Shown here piece by piece: positions 50,253 to 58,550 of a DNA stretch of 64,000 nucleotides. Where the stretch lies: positions 2,032 through 66,031 of the forward strand of contig JBAYJG010000001.1 in assembly GCA_041665225.1 (NCBI GenBank). Reading direction: 5' to 3'. The notes under the pieces are model-generated. The model was given only the letters and a program-made list of their open reading frames with translations, did not search any database and had not been told where the DNA came from. The stretch comes from Bacteroidota bacterium (GTDB lineage: Bacteria > Bacteroidota > Ignavibacteria > UBA10030 > UBA8401). Position 1 is the stretch's first letter. The number at the start of each line of letters is the position of its first letter. A program made the position numbers and the translations under genes.

Positions 50253-51467
50253 ATGTTAAAAACAAGAATAATACTCAGTGGTTTTAGAACGGCATGGACG
50301 CATAAATTGCGGGCCACGTTCATGATCCTCAGCGTTATGATCGGCATTGCTGCGCTGACGGTGATCATTTCACTCGGTAAAGGGACGGAAGAAAAAATAT
50401 TATCACAAGTGAAGAAATTTTTCAGTTCCAATACGATAATGATCGTTGCCGGCGGCGGGAGAATGGAACCGAACCGTCCGATTGCATTTTCTGGCAGTTT
50501 GAAACTCGATGATATCCAGGAAATCGTCCAGCGGATTGAGAGTATCACTGAATGGGATGCCATGCTCCCCTCAGCGGGAAAAGAATCGCAGGCAAACGGC
50601 AACAATGTTCTGGTTGACCTGGTCGGACACATGCCGTCTGCGGAGAGTGTTCACAATTTTACCGTTACGGAGGGGAGATTTTTCAGCGAAACGGAAAATC
50701 GAAGTCTCGCACGAGTCGCTGTGATAACGCCGCACGCACGCGAACGCTTGTTGGGAACATCAGATCCGATCGGTCAGATGATAAAGATCGACAATGTTCC
50801 TTTTCAGGTGGTTGGTGTGATCGGTCCGCGTGGAATGGATCCGCACGGAACTGACAAAGATAATGAAATTCTCGTGCCGTTGAACACGATGCTCCGAAGA
50901 GTTGTTAATCTTGATTACATCATGCTGGCAAAATTCAAGACCAGCAGCGATGCAGTGGTTGAAACGACTGCGGAACAGATCAAAACCATTTTGCGGGAAC
51001 GTCATTCCATCAATCAAAACGAGGGGGACGATTTTATGGTCATGACGCCGATAAAGGTAAAAGAATTGATTGCGAATGTGACACGGACATTCAACCTCTA
51101 TCTTCCGCTTCTTTCTCTTGTCTCGTTATTGGTAGGAGGCATTGTGATTGTTAATCTTATGCTCATTTCAGTGAACGAGCGGGTAAAAGAAATCGGGCTG
51201 CGAAAGGCGGTCGGGGCAACATCAAATGATATTGCAATGCAGTTTTTAATCGAAGCATCGTCAATCACCGTTGTCAGCGGTATTGTGGGAATTGTTGTCG
51301 GCATTCTTCTTCTGACGCAGATTGTAAAATTCATGAATGTACCGTTCACAATATCATGGGGTGCCGTGGCAGCTTGTTCCGTCATTTCTGCGCTTCTGGG
51401 AATTGCCGCAGGATATTTCCCTGCAAAGAGGGCTGCAAGTCTCTCACCGATCGATTCGTTACGGTAA
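50253..51467 (+). CDS. ABC transporter permease, FtsX/MacB-type (first of two)
   Basis: RBS aaggag 7 nt upstream of the ATG at 50253. MacB-like periplasmic domain. C-terminal FtsX 3-TM bundle. Confidence 0.75.
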   Translation: MLKTRIILSGFRTAWTHKLRATFMILSVMIGIAALTVIISLGKGTEEKILSQVKKFFSSNTIMIVAGGGRMEPNRPIAFSGSLKLDDIQEIVQRIESITEWDAMLPSAGKESQANGNNVLVDLVGHMPSAESVHNFTVTEGRFFSETENRSLARVAVITPHARERLLGTSDPIGQMIKIDNVPFQVVGVIGPRGMDPHGTDKDNEILVPLNTMLRRVVNLDYIMLAKFKTSSDAVVETTAEQIKTILRERHSINQNEGDDFMVMTPIKVKELIANVTRTFNLYLPLLSLVSLLVGGIVIVNLMLISVNERVKEIGLRKAVGATSNDIAMQFLIEASSITVVSGIVGIVVGILLLTQIVKFMNVPFTISWGAVAACSVISALLGIAAGYFPAKRAASLSPIDSLR

Positions 51468-51474
51468 ATGGAAT

Positions 51475-52695
51475 ATGAAACTTTTACGAATCATAAAATC
51501 TGTCAGGCGTATGTTGTTTCTCAATCCATTGCGAGCCGTGTTATCGCTCGCTGGTATCGCAGTCGGAATTACCTCCGTCATCATTATCGTATCGCTGGGC
51601 GAGGGAGCGCAGAGGAAAATGCTTTCGCAGATTGAATCAATGGGAAGCAACGTTATTACCGTTGACGCAGGCCTTGTCAAAGAAGTAACCGGCAGAAAAC
51701 GTCAAGCAAACAAAACAATAACGTTGAAAGAAAAAGATGTCGAGGCAATTGTCGAAGCATGCCCATCCATAACAGCCATTGCACCAACACAGGAACAAAC
51801 TCTCGTGGTGAAATATGAAGAGGGGGCAACGATTGCCAGAATTATTGGGACATATCCTGCCTTTTCTGCGCTACGAAATTTCTCCGTTGCGTCGGGAAGG
51901 TTTATCAACCAGGACGACAATAAGCTTTCGCTTCGCACGGCTGTCATCGGAAACAAGTTCGTGGAATATTTGTTCCGCGGCGTGAATCCGATCGGCGAGG
52001 TGATAAAAATAAATAACATCCCGTTTGAGATCATCGGTGTGCTGAAACCGAAGGGGGTCAGTTACGACGGAGCGAATGAAGATGATATGATTTTCATTCC
52101 ACTAAACACTGGGATGCGCAGAGTCTTTAATGTTGATTACTTGAAAAATATTTACGTGAAAGTGAATAGCAAGCAGGATATTCCCGAGACGGAAAAAGAG
52201 ATACGAACAGTATTGAGAGAACGGCACAGATTGGAAGCACGCAGTAAAGAGGATGACTTTACGATACAGAATGTCTACACGGCAGTGAAAGTGGAAAGCG
52301 AAACCAACGAATCGATTACATTGCTCATCACTGGTGTCGGCGTGTTGTCACTTCTGGTCGGCGGAGTCGGAATTCTGGCGACGATGCTGCTTTCCATCAA
52401 AGAACGAACTCCGGAAATCGGCCTGCGCATGGCGATCGGGGCGACGACAGGCGATATTGTCTTTCAATTTTTACTGGAGGCGGTTATTCTCAGTGTCGTC
52501 GGCGGTGCCGCAGGCATTATTATCGGGGTAATCGGTACATGGCTTCTTGGATCCTTGACGGACTTCGCCGTTCGTATTTCGATACAAGCCGTTGCAATAT
52601 CATTTCTCATTTCACTGGTGATTGGAATATTATTCGGAGCATTTCCTGCTCGAAAAGCGAGTTTCATTGAGCCAATCAAAGCTTTGAAATTATAA
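51475..52695 (+). CDS. ABC transporter permease, FtsX/MacB-type (second of two)
   Basis: Paralogous to the previous gene. The internal ATG at 51475 (MKLLRIIKSV) avoids overlap with the upstream gene. Confidence 0.75.
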   Translation: MKLLRIIKSVRRMLFLNPLRAVLSLAGIAVGITSVIIIVSLGEGAQRKMLSQIESMGSNVITVDAGLVKEVTGRKRQANKTITLKEKDVEAIVEACPSITAIAPTQEQTLVVKYEEGATIARIIGTYPAFSALRNFSVASGRFINQDDNKLSLRTAVIGNKFVEYLFRGVNPIGEVIKINNIPFEIIGVLKPKGVSYDGANEDDMIFIPLNTGMRRVFNVDYLKNIYVKVNSKQDIPETEKEIRTVLRERHRLEARSKEDDFTIQNVYTAVKVESETNESITLLITGVGVLSLLVGGVGILATMLLSIKERTPEIGLRMAIGATTGDIVFQFLLEAVILSVVGGAAGIIIGVIGTWLLGSLTDFAVRISIQAVAISFLISLVIGILFGAFPARKASFIEPIKALKL

Positions 52696-52751
52696 CATTA
52701 TTTTATGAATAAAGATATCTATCATCATTTCAATCTCAAAGGAAACCATAT

Positions 52752-53162
52752 ATGCTGTTTTTACTTCTTCTCACGAAAACATTCTTCCAACAACAACGGA
52801 CAGAGTCGCTCACAATCCATGCAGAACAATTTCAGCATAATAATGGATTGGCTGTTGTCAGTTTATTCAGAGCGGAAGATGATATGCCAAAGAAGCCCTT
52901 CAGGAAAGTAAGCGGCATCATTATGAATGGAAAAGCGGTGATCGTCATTGATAGTATTCCGCACGGTGAGTATGCAGCGATTGTATTCCACGATGAAAAC
53001 TCGGATGGAGAGGTCGACCACCGTTGGGGATTTCCCGCTGAGCCAATGGGATTTTCCAACGGATGGCGGCTGACGTTGTTTTCCGGGATGCCGAGCTTTA
53101 AGAAATTACGGTTCGAATATTCAGAATCACAATGTGAATATACTATAGGTATTCAAAATTAG
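52752..53162 (+). CDS. small hypothetical protein (DUF2141-like?)
   Basis: 136 aa. GFSNGW-containing beta-sandwich-like sequence. The family assignment is from memory only. Confidence 0.3.
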   Translation: MLFLLLLTKTFFQQQRTESLTIHAEQFQHNNGLAVVSLFRAEDDMPKKPFRKVSGIIMNGKAVIVIDSIPHGEYAAIVFHDENSDGEVDHRWGFPAEPMGFSNGWRLTLFSGMPSFKKLRFEYSESQCEYTIGIQN

Positions 53163-53339
53163 AAATATCTGAGTTAAGGAGATGAATTATTGACGCAAAG
53201 CATAGTTGTACTTGTCTAAGTGGCTGATGCTGCTTGGGTTGTTACGGTTTCTTACGATTTTGTTTAAATACATGTGCTTCAGACTTATCCATAAAATAAA
53301 TGCAGCATAAAGAATCCGTTGACAATATGGAAAAGAATT

Positions 53340-53363
53340 TGTATATATATTATAGTATATACA
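53340..53363. promoter_or_regulatory. palindromic operator/promoter of vapBC-2
   Basis: TGTATATA-N8-TATATACA with perfect 8-bp arms, 11 bp upstream of the vapB-2 ATG. The embedded tatagt/tataat-like sequence suggests it overlaps the promoter. Confidence 0.4.
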
Positions 53364-53374
53364 AAAGGAGCATT

Positions 53375-53605
53375 ATGCAAACAGTGAAAATCATTAAAAA
53401 TGGCGGCAGTCAAGCGATTCGTCTTCCTCGGTTATATCGGCTGAAGGGGAAAGAAGCTTATGTTAAGAAAGTGCCCGAAGGAATATTGTTGATGGAAAAG
53501 ACAGATATATGGACTGCTTTTGAAAAATGTCTGGAGGATTTTCCTGCAGACTTCTTGCAATCGAAACGAGAGCCGAGGAATCAGAAACGACGGAGATTTG
53601 AATGA
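53375..53605 (+). CDS. vapB: AbrB/SpoVT-family antitoxin VapB, copy 2 (intact)
   Basis: MQTVKIIKNGGSQAIRLP swapped-hairpin motif. 76 aa. RBS aaaggag. Confidence 0.7.
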   Translation: MQTVKIIKNGGSQAIRLPRLYRLKGKEAYVKKVPEGILLMEKTDIWTAFEKCLEDFPADFLQSKREPRNQKRRRFE

Positions 53606-54000
53606 AATACCTCTTAGATACTGATATCTGTTCCTATATCATTCGAAAACGTCCTAAAAGCGTAATTGATAAATTTAAGAGTATTCCATTGGGCGATATT
53701 GGGATCTCAGTTGTTACAGTGTGTGAGTTCGAATCGGGGATTCCAGGCAGTGCAAATCCTGACAAATTGCGATCGGCGATTGATACTTTTCTATCACCAT
53801 TTAGCATCGTGGAATATCAACAATCTGATGCCATTGTATTTGGTAAGGTCGATCATTATTTACAGTCCAAAGGGATTCCAATCGGGGATATGGATACGCT
53901 TATTGCATCGCAAGCGATATCAAGAGAATTAATACTCATAACGAATAATGTTAAGCATTATTCTCGCGTCCCCGGTCTTAAATATGAATCATGGAAATGA
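53602..54000 (+). CDS. vapC: PIN-domain toxin VapC, copy 2
   Basis: About 88% aa identity to copy 1. ATGA overlap with vapB. Confidence 0.8.
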   Translation: MKYLLDTDICSYIIRKRPKSVIDKFKSIPLGDIGISVVTVCEFESGIPGSANPDKLRSAIDTFLSPFSIVEYQQSDAIVFGKVDHYLQSKGIPIGDMDTLIASQAISRELILITNNVKHYSRVPGLKYESWK

Positions 54001-54093
54001 TTGATTTATTGATTAAAAAATTGCTCTTCAGATCTTTGATTTTGGAATATCATCCGATAGTGAAACCATGAATCTAATATTTATCAAGACACA

Positions 54094-54267
54094 ATGGAAT
54101 TAACGTATATTTCAACAATTCAATGTCCAAATTGCGGGCACACAAAAAATGAAATCATGCCGATAGATGCCTGCGTTCATTTTTATCAATGCGAATCTTG
54201 TAAAATATTATTAAAACCGAAGGAGGGAGATTGCTGTGTGTTTTGTTCGTATGGCACTGTTGTCTGA
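54094..54267 (+). CDS. GDCCVxC-domain small Cys-rich putative metal-binding protein (57 aa; not in ORF track)
   Basis: Manual translation gives MELTYISTIQCPNCGHTKNEIMPIDACVHFYQCESCKILLKPKEGDCCVFCSYGTVV. It has two CxxC pairs and a C-terminal GDCCVFCSYG motif, the family signature. It lies at the edge of the metal-resistance block. Confidence 0.5.
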   Translation: MELTYISTIQCPNCGHTKNEIMPIDACVHFYQCESCKILLKPKEGDCCVFCSYGTVV

Positions 54268-54378
54268 CCTTCCAAACAGGTTGAAAATACATAATCACAT
54301 TGAAAGACAAAAGGGGAAGCAATGATCTGTTTCCCTTTAGGCCTTAACAAACCCCACGAAAATGACTAAGTAGGGTTT

Positions 54379-54978
54379 TTAAATTCCTCCTCGTATTGCC
54401 CACATCGTTATCATCATTGCACTCATAGCCAATACTCCGATAATCGGATAATCCCAATCAGCACCCATTCCCATCATCCCCATCATGCCTTTTACTTTTT
54501 TCTCGTGAACCATGAAATTCAATTCAGTAGAGAGAGCTACGGAATCGACCATGGTCTCAACAGAAAGGGTAAATTGGCCAGTGCTTGTTGGCGTATGCGC
54601 AACAGACGCCGTACCGTTAATCAGGGAAACCGATTGATGAATTGGTTTGAACTGTTCAGAATCGTCCTTCGAACTGTGTTCATGGCCGGTAGAAGCATCA
54701 TCAGTTGCAGATTTCATTATCATATAGTGAACTATCGCACTATCAGAAACTCCGCTTTTCGATTTCAGAGTTATTGCAATAGTTACTTCCTTATTTGTTT
54801 CCATTGGTGGGACATTGATTGCAAGTGTATAGTCACCGCTGGAGACTTCTTTCATAATGGATACCGATTCCATTCCTTCGTGGCCGTCATGACTTCCCAT
54901 CATCACTGCATGCATACACGAAGATAATGTTAAACCAATAATCAGAAATAATACCATCTTCAATTGGACGCTTTTCAT
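54379..54978 (-). CDS. Met/His-rich lipoprotein with C-terminal TM anchor (putative Cu(I)-binding)
   Basis: Lipoprotein signal (…LTLSSC). MMGSHDGHEGM and GMMGMMGMG motifs. C-terminal hydrophobic helix. Confidence 0.45.
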   Translation of the reverse strand: MKSVQLKMVLFLIIGLTLSSCMHAVMMGSHDGHEGMESVSIMKEVSSGDYTLAINVPPMETNKEVTIAITLKSKSGVSDSAIVHYMIMKSATDDASTGHEHSSKDDSEQFKPIHQSVSLINGTASVAHTPTSTGQFTLSVETMVDSVALSTELNFMVHEKKVKGMMGMMGMGADWDYPIIGVLAMSAMMITMWAIRGGI

Positions 54979-54988
54979 AGATTACTCC

Positions 54989-55558
54989 TTATGGATGATG
55001 TGAGTCATGTCCGCCGCCTAATGTGCTGCTGACTGTAGTGAAGTGAAATGTCATTCCCATTCCTGAGCCCATACCATTGCGGCCCATCGCTCCCATGGAA
55101 CCCATTGAAGATTCCATCATCCGCACCATCCCATCACGCAAATGAATCATATGCTGCATACCTGGATAAAGAGTTGAATCGGGTTTGAATGTGCAGCTCA
55201 TTCCATCCGTACTCCAATAAAACTTTCCTGATAACACATGGATACTGTCGAGATGATTCATCTTCATGCTGTCCATCATCGACATAGACATTTGACCATG
55301 GTTCATTGTTGACGACACGGGACAGAGTGAATCAGGGTAGGAGCGTTCATTCATCAATCGGAAATTCTTCTCCACCACTCCTTGATCAACTACTTTTGCG
55401 AACGTCAACGTTATCGCTGAAGAAGTGGACACACCGGATTGATTGTCTGACGGGCTTACTGTGAAATTGCTGATCACTGGATCCGTGGTTGTGGTCATAT
55501 CATCACTGGCACAACCGATTACGAATGTCGAAATAATGACGAATACGAGATACTTCAT
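54989..55558 (-). CDS. Met-rich lipoprotein (putative copper-binding)
   Basis: Lipoprotein signal (…VIGCASD). MSMSMMDSMKM and SMGSMGAMGRNGMGSGMGM motifs. C-terminal His cluster. Confidence 0.45.
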   Translation of the reverse strand: MKYLVFVIISTFVIGCASDDMTTTTDPVISNFTVSPSDNQSGVSTSSAITLTFAKVVDQGVVEKNFRLMNERSYPDSLCPVSSTMNHGQMSMSMMDSMKMNHLDSIHVLSGKFYWSTDGMSCTFKPDSTLYPGMQHMIHLRDGMVRMMESSMGSMGAMGRNGMGSGMGMTFHFTTVSSTLGGGHDSHHP

Positions 55559-55586
55559 ATGCTTCCTCTTAGATATTTATAATTTG

Positions 55587-56150
55587 TTAATGTTTATGTC
55601 CTTTTTTTATATCCTTCGCCTCTTTCCCTGGTACATCGCCATGTCCTTTTTGCCACCCTTCATAACATTCGGTGCAAACCGGCTTATTATTTTTAACAGC
55701 TTTCTTGCAATCACACGATCCGTGTGCATTTATACATTCATCGCACGGTTCTTCGATGCAGCAATTATACTTCCCATCTTTCATTGCTTCCATTTTTTGT
55801 TTCATCATTGATTTTTTCCCATCTTTTTTTACTTCAACAAGATCCATTTTGCATTTTGGACATTTACCGGGTTTATCAGATTTAACCTCAGGATGCATTG
55901 GACAAGTGTATTCTGCTTGCATCTTCATCTCTTCTTTTTTAGCTGTAGTATCTTTTTTGTCTTGTCCATGCTTATGTTGGTTGTGGTCCTGCATGCCTGC
56001 CCCCTTGGGGTCTGCCATAGCCATCTCTTTTCCACCACAACATCCTCCGGCGCATGATTTATCCTTTTTATCTTGAGCGATAATAGCAGATGTGTTGGCT
56101 AAAACCAGAGCAAATACTGCGAGTATTGCGAACAATTGAATATGTTTCAT
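55587..56150 (-). CDS. secreted Cys-rich protein with CusB-type heavy-metal-binding domain (YxCPMHP…CPxCxM)
   Basis: Signal peptide. CAGGCCGG. YTCPMHPEVKSDKPGKCPKCKMDL matches the HMBD found at the CusB N-terminus. C-terminal CC/CxxC cluster and a His-rich tail. Confidence 0.55.
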   Translation of the reverse strand: MKHIQLFAILAVFALVLANTSAIIAQDKKDKSCAGGCCGGKEMAMADPKGAGMQDHNQHKHGQDKKDTTAKKEEMKMQAEYTCPMHPEVKSDKPGKCPKCKMDLVEVKKDGKKSMMKQKMEAMKDGKYNCCIEEPCDECINAHGSCDCKKAVKNNKPVCTECYEGWQKGHGDVPGKEAKDIKKGHKH

Positions 56151-56181
56151 TGTGAATCTCCTTTATGATTGATGAATTGTC

Positions 56182-56703
56182 TTATGGGGTTGTTCTGCCG
56201 CCATATTTATTAGATACCATATCAACTATTTGCAACGGTGTATACTTATTTTCCTGAATCCGTTCATAGATAAACTGCTTTATCGCTTCTGCTCCGCCCG
56301 GATGTTTACAATGACAATCTTTGAGATCATCGATTATTTTACATTTACCACAGGGGCAAATAAATTGAGCGACAATGTCTTTTTTATCATCCATAGTTGC
56401 TACGATTTCCGTTTTTGACTGCAAACGCACGACACTTGATTCATCTATTTTTGTTACCAGGGTTTTGGGAGATCCTTTTGGAATGATCAAAAATACGAAT
56501 CCAATAAGTAGAACTACTCCGCCTAAAACAGGCAACATCAATCTTGACTCGAACCGTTTCTTATGTTTATTGAATTGGTCAACCTGAACATTTTTATTTT
56601 TATGCTTCTTTTGTTGTTTGACTTCGGATTGAAGTATTGTTCCGCAACCATAACAATGTGTCGCCGTCTCTTTATTCTTTATACCACAAGATTTACATAT
56701 CAT
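56182..56703 (-). CDS. membrane protein with N-terminal zinc ribbon, TM helix and CcmH/NrfF-like periplasmic domain
   Basis: N-terminal CKSCG..x11..CYGCG. One TM helix. C-terminal FICPCGKC...IVDMVSNKYGG resembles the CcmH CxxC ... I.D.MV.RYG motif. Confidence 0.35.
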   Translation of the reverse strand: MICKSCGIKNKETATHCYGCGTILQSEVKQQKKHKNKNVQVDQFNKHKKRFESRLMLPVLGGVVLLIGFVFLIIPKGSPKTLVTKIDESSVVRLQSKTEIVATMDDKKDIVAQFICPCGKCKIIDDLKDCHCKHPGGAEAIKQFIYERIQENKYTPLQIVDMVSNKYGGRTTP

Positions 56704-56876
56704 ATATGCCTCTATTCTTTCATTGGTTCGGCTTCCAAATCTTTGTCATCCATACCAGAAATCATCACTATTTTGGAATGAGCATAGTCGATAATCTCAA
56801 CTCGACAGAAAGTGTTATACCAATTACCATTAGGATAGCTATTTTAAGTAATTGCGAATTCATTGCTACACATGAA

Positions 56877-57221
56877 CTAAAAATTAGACTTCGAAGCTGG
56901 CTTTTTAGGTAAAACATTTTGACCATTCTCACTTTGATTTGACATTTGTCTATTCAGAATAAAATTCATTTTTGATCCTGGCTTTACAGGATATGAATTC
57001 GCCTGCGCGAGTTTCTTTGCTGACGATATCGTTGTCGCCAAAATAAAATTCATCTTGGATTGTGGCTTCGACGGCAAATTATCCAGTGCATTTGTGTTGG
57101 AATCATTTTGTGTTTGAATTCGCAGTGTCGAACGACCCCAATGAGGATGTTCTTGAGCGATTATCAGTGACGATGTTATAATCATCAGGAATAAATATTT
57201 CGAGACTGTTTTCTGTGACAT
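56877..57221 (-). CDS. small secreted protein with three tandem repeats of about 26 aa (KPxSKMNFIL)
   Basis: RBS aaggaga 7 nt upstream of the ATG at 57221. Signal peptide. The DNA shows three direct repeats of about 78 bp (about 56881, 56958, 57038). Confidence 0.35.
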   Translation of the reverse strand: MSQKTVSKYLFLMIITSSLIIAQEHPHWGRSTLRIQTQNDSNTNALDNLPSKPQSKMNFILATTISSAKKLAQANSYPVKPGSKMNFILNRQMSNQSENGQNVLPKKPASKSNF

Positions 57222-57246
57222 AGTTATTCTCCTTAAAAGATTCATG

Positions 57247-58521
57247 TTAATGGTTGTGTTCTTTTGGTGCTTCCTCTGTTTTGGAAGTAGATGTTCCTGC
57301 GTCTCCATGTTGATGTCCTGACCCGCCGCCGGTTTTCAGTTGGCTTTCGGAGTCAATGAGATAACCTCCTTCACTGACAACTTCTTCACCTTCCATTAAT
57401 CCCCAGGTCACTTCATACTTACCGTTGAATCGCGTTCCAATTCCAATCTCACGAGCTTCAAAATGGTTCTCATGTTCTGCCTTGATGTAGACAAGATTAC
57501 GTTTCCCTGTAATGAGAACTGCGCTCACTGGAACGGTAAGGGATTTATCTTTCTTTCTCTGAAACACTGTCTCGGTATACATATTTGGTTTTAGTCTTCC
57601 GCCAGTATTGTTCACCGTCAAACGGACCTTTACAGTTCTTGATTGTGGATTTACGACAGGATAAATTAAAGACACGGTTGCTGGAAATGTTTGATCAGGG
57701 AAACTTGCGATAGCCAGTGTAGCCCGTTCACCAACACGAATGTGGGAAGCGTCGGTTTCGTAAACGTCGGCAATATTCCATAGCGTCGAAATATCAGATA
57801 CATTATAGAGTGATGTTCCTTCGGTAACGTATATTCCTTCAACGATCTTTTTGTCGATAACAATGCCTGTTGCAGGGGAGTGATAGGTAATCACCAACGG
57901 GACACTTTCTGTTGTTTCAAGACTACGAATTTGCTCTTCTGTTAAACCGAGCAATTGCAGTTTTGATTTAGCATAGGATAAGAAATTGTCCTTTGTCTGA
58001 GAAGAACTCGTAAGAGCTTGGCGATATTCATTTTCCGCCTGCACAATATCAGGGCTATAGACATCGAATAATGGATGACCTTTTTTGACTTTTGACCCAA
58101 CTGCATTGACATATAATTTTTCAATGCGTCCATTGAAACGAGCGCTGATGATTGTTTTATTCGGCTCAGGTATCTCAAGTGTTCCGTATGAACGGACTGT
58201 ATGCTCGATTGGTTCGTAGCTCACGATAACTGTAGACACATTGGCCAGAATCTGATCTCTGTCATTCAACGGAATCATTGGTTCGTCTGAGCTCGTTTCC
58301 ATTTTTCGACTGTTGCTGGCTTTTACAAGATCCATTCCACAGATAGGACAGACTCCGGGTTTGTCCAAGTGAACTTGTGGATGCATGGGACATGTATAAT
58401 AATCTGCCGCTTGTTCCGTTGACGTTGAATCCGCGGATACTGTTTTTGGAGATGAAGATTTCCCGCATGATGAAACAATGATAGCGAGGACTATTGAGAC
58501 TGCGATGATGAGTGATTTCAT
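57247..58521 (-). CDS. cusB: CusB-like efflux RND periplasmic adaptor with N-terminal heavy-metal-binding domain
   Basis: Lipoprotein signal (…IVSSC). YYTCPMHPQVHLDKPGVCPICGMDL HMBD. Membrane-fusion-protein beta-barrel and lipoyl motifs. Followed by cusA and the TolC-like gene. Confidence 0.8.
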   Translation of the reverse strand: MKSLIIAVSIVLAIIVSSCGKSSSPKTVSADSTSTEQAADYYTCPMHPQVHLDKPGVCPICGMDLVKASNSRKMETSSDEPMIPLNDRDQILANVSTVIVSYEPIEHTVRSYGTLEIPEPNKTIISARFNGRIEKLYVNAVGSKVKKGHPLFDVYSPDIVQAENEYRQALTSSSQTKDNFLSYAKSKLQLLGLTEEQIRSLETTESVPLVITYHSPATGIVIDKKIVEGIYVTEGTSLYNVSDISTLWNIADVYETDASHIRVGERATLAIASFPDQTFPATVSLIYPVVNPQSRTVKVRLTVNNTGGRLKPNMYTETVFQRKKDKSLTVPVSAVLITGKRNLVYIKAEHENHFEAREIGIGTRFNGKYEVTWGLMEGEEVVSEGGYLIDSESQLKTGGGSGHQHGDAGTSTSKTEEAPKEHNH

Positions 58522-58550
58522 ATAATTTACCTTGATGATAAAGTTCATAA

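Noticed and set aside
56881-57120. Three evenly spaced roughly 78-bp direct repeats considered as a mini CRISPR array
   Set aside because: The repeats are in frame within an ORF with an RBS and signal peptide, and they encode conserved amino-acid repeats. There are no cas genes and no spacer-like unique segments of constant length.
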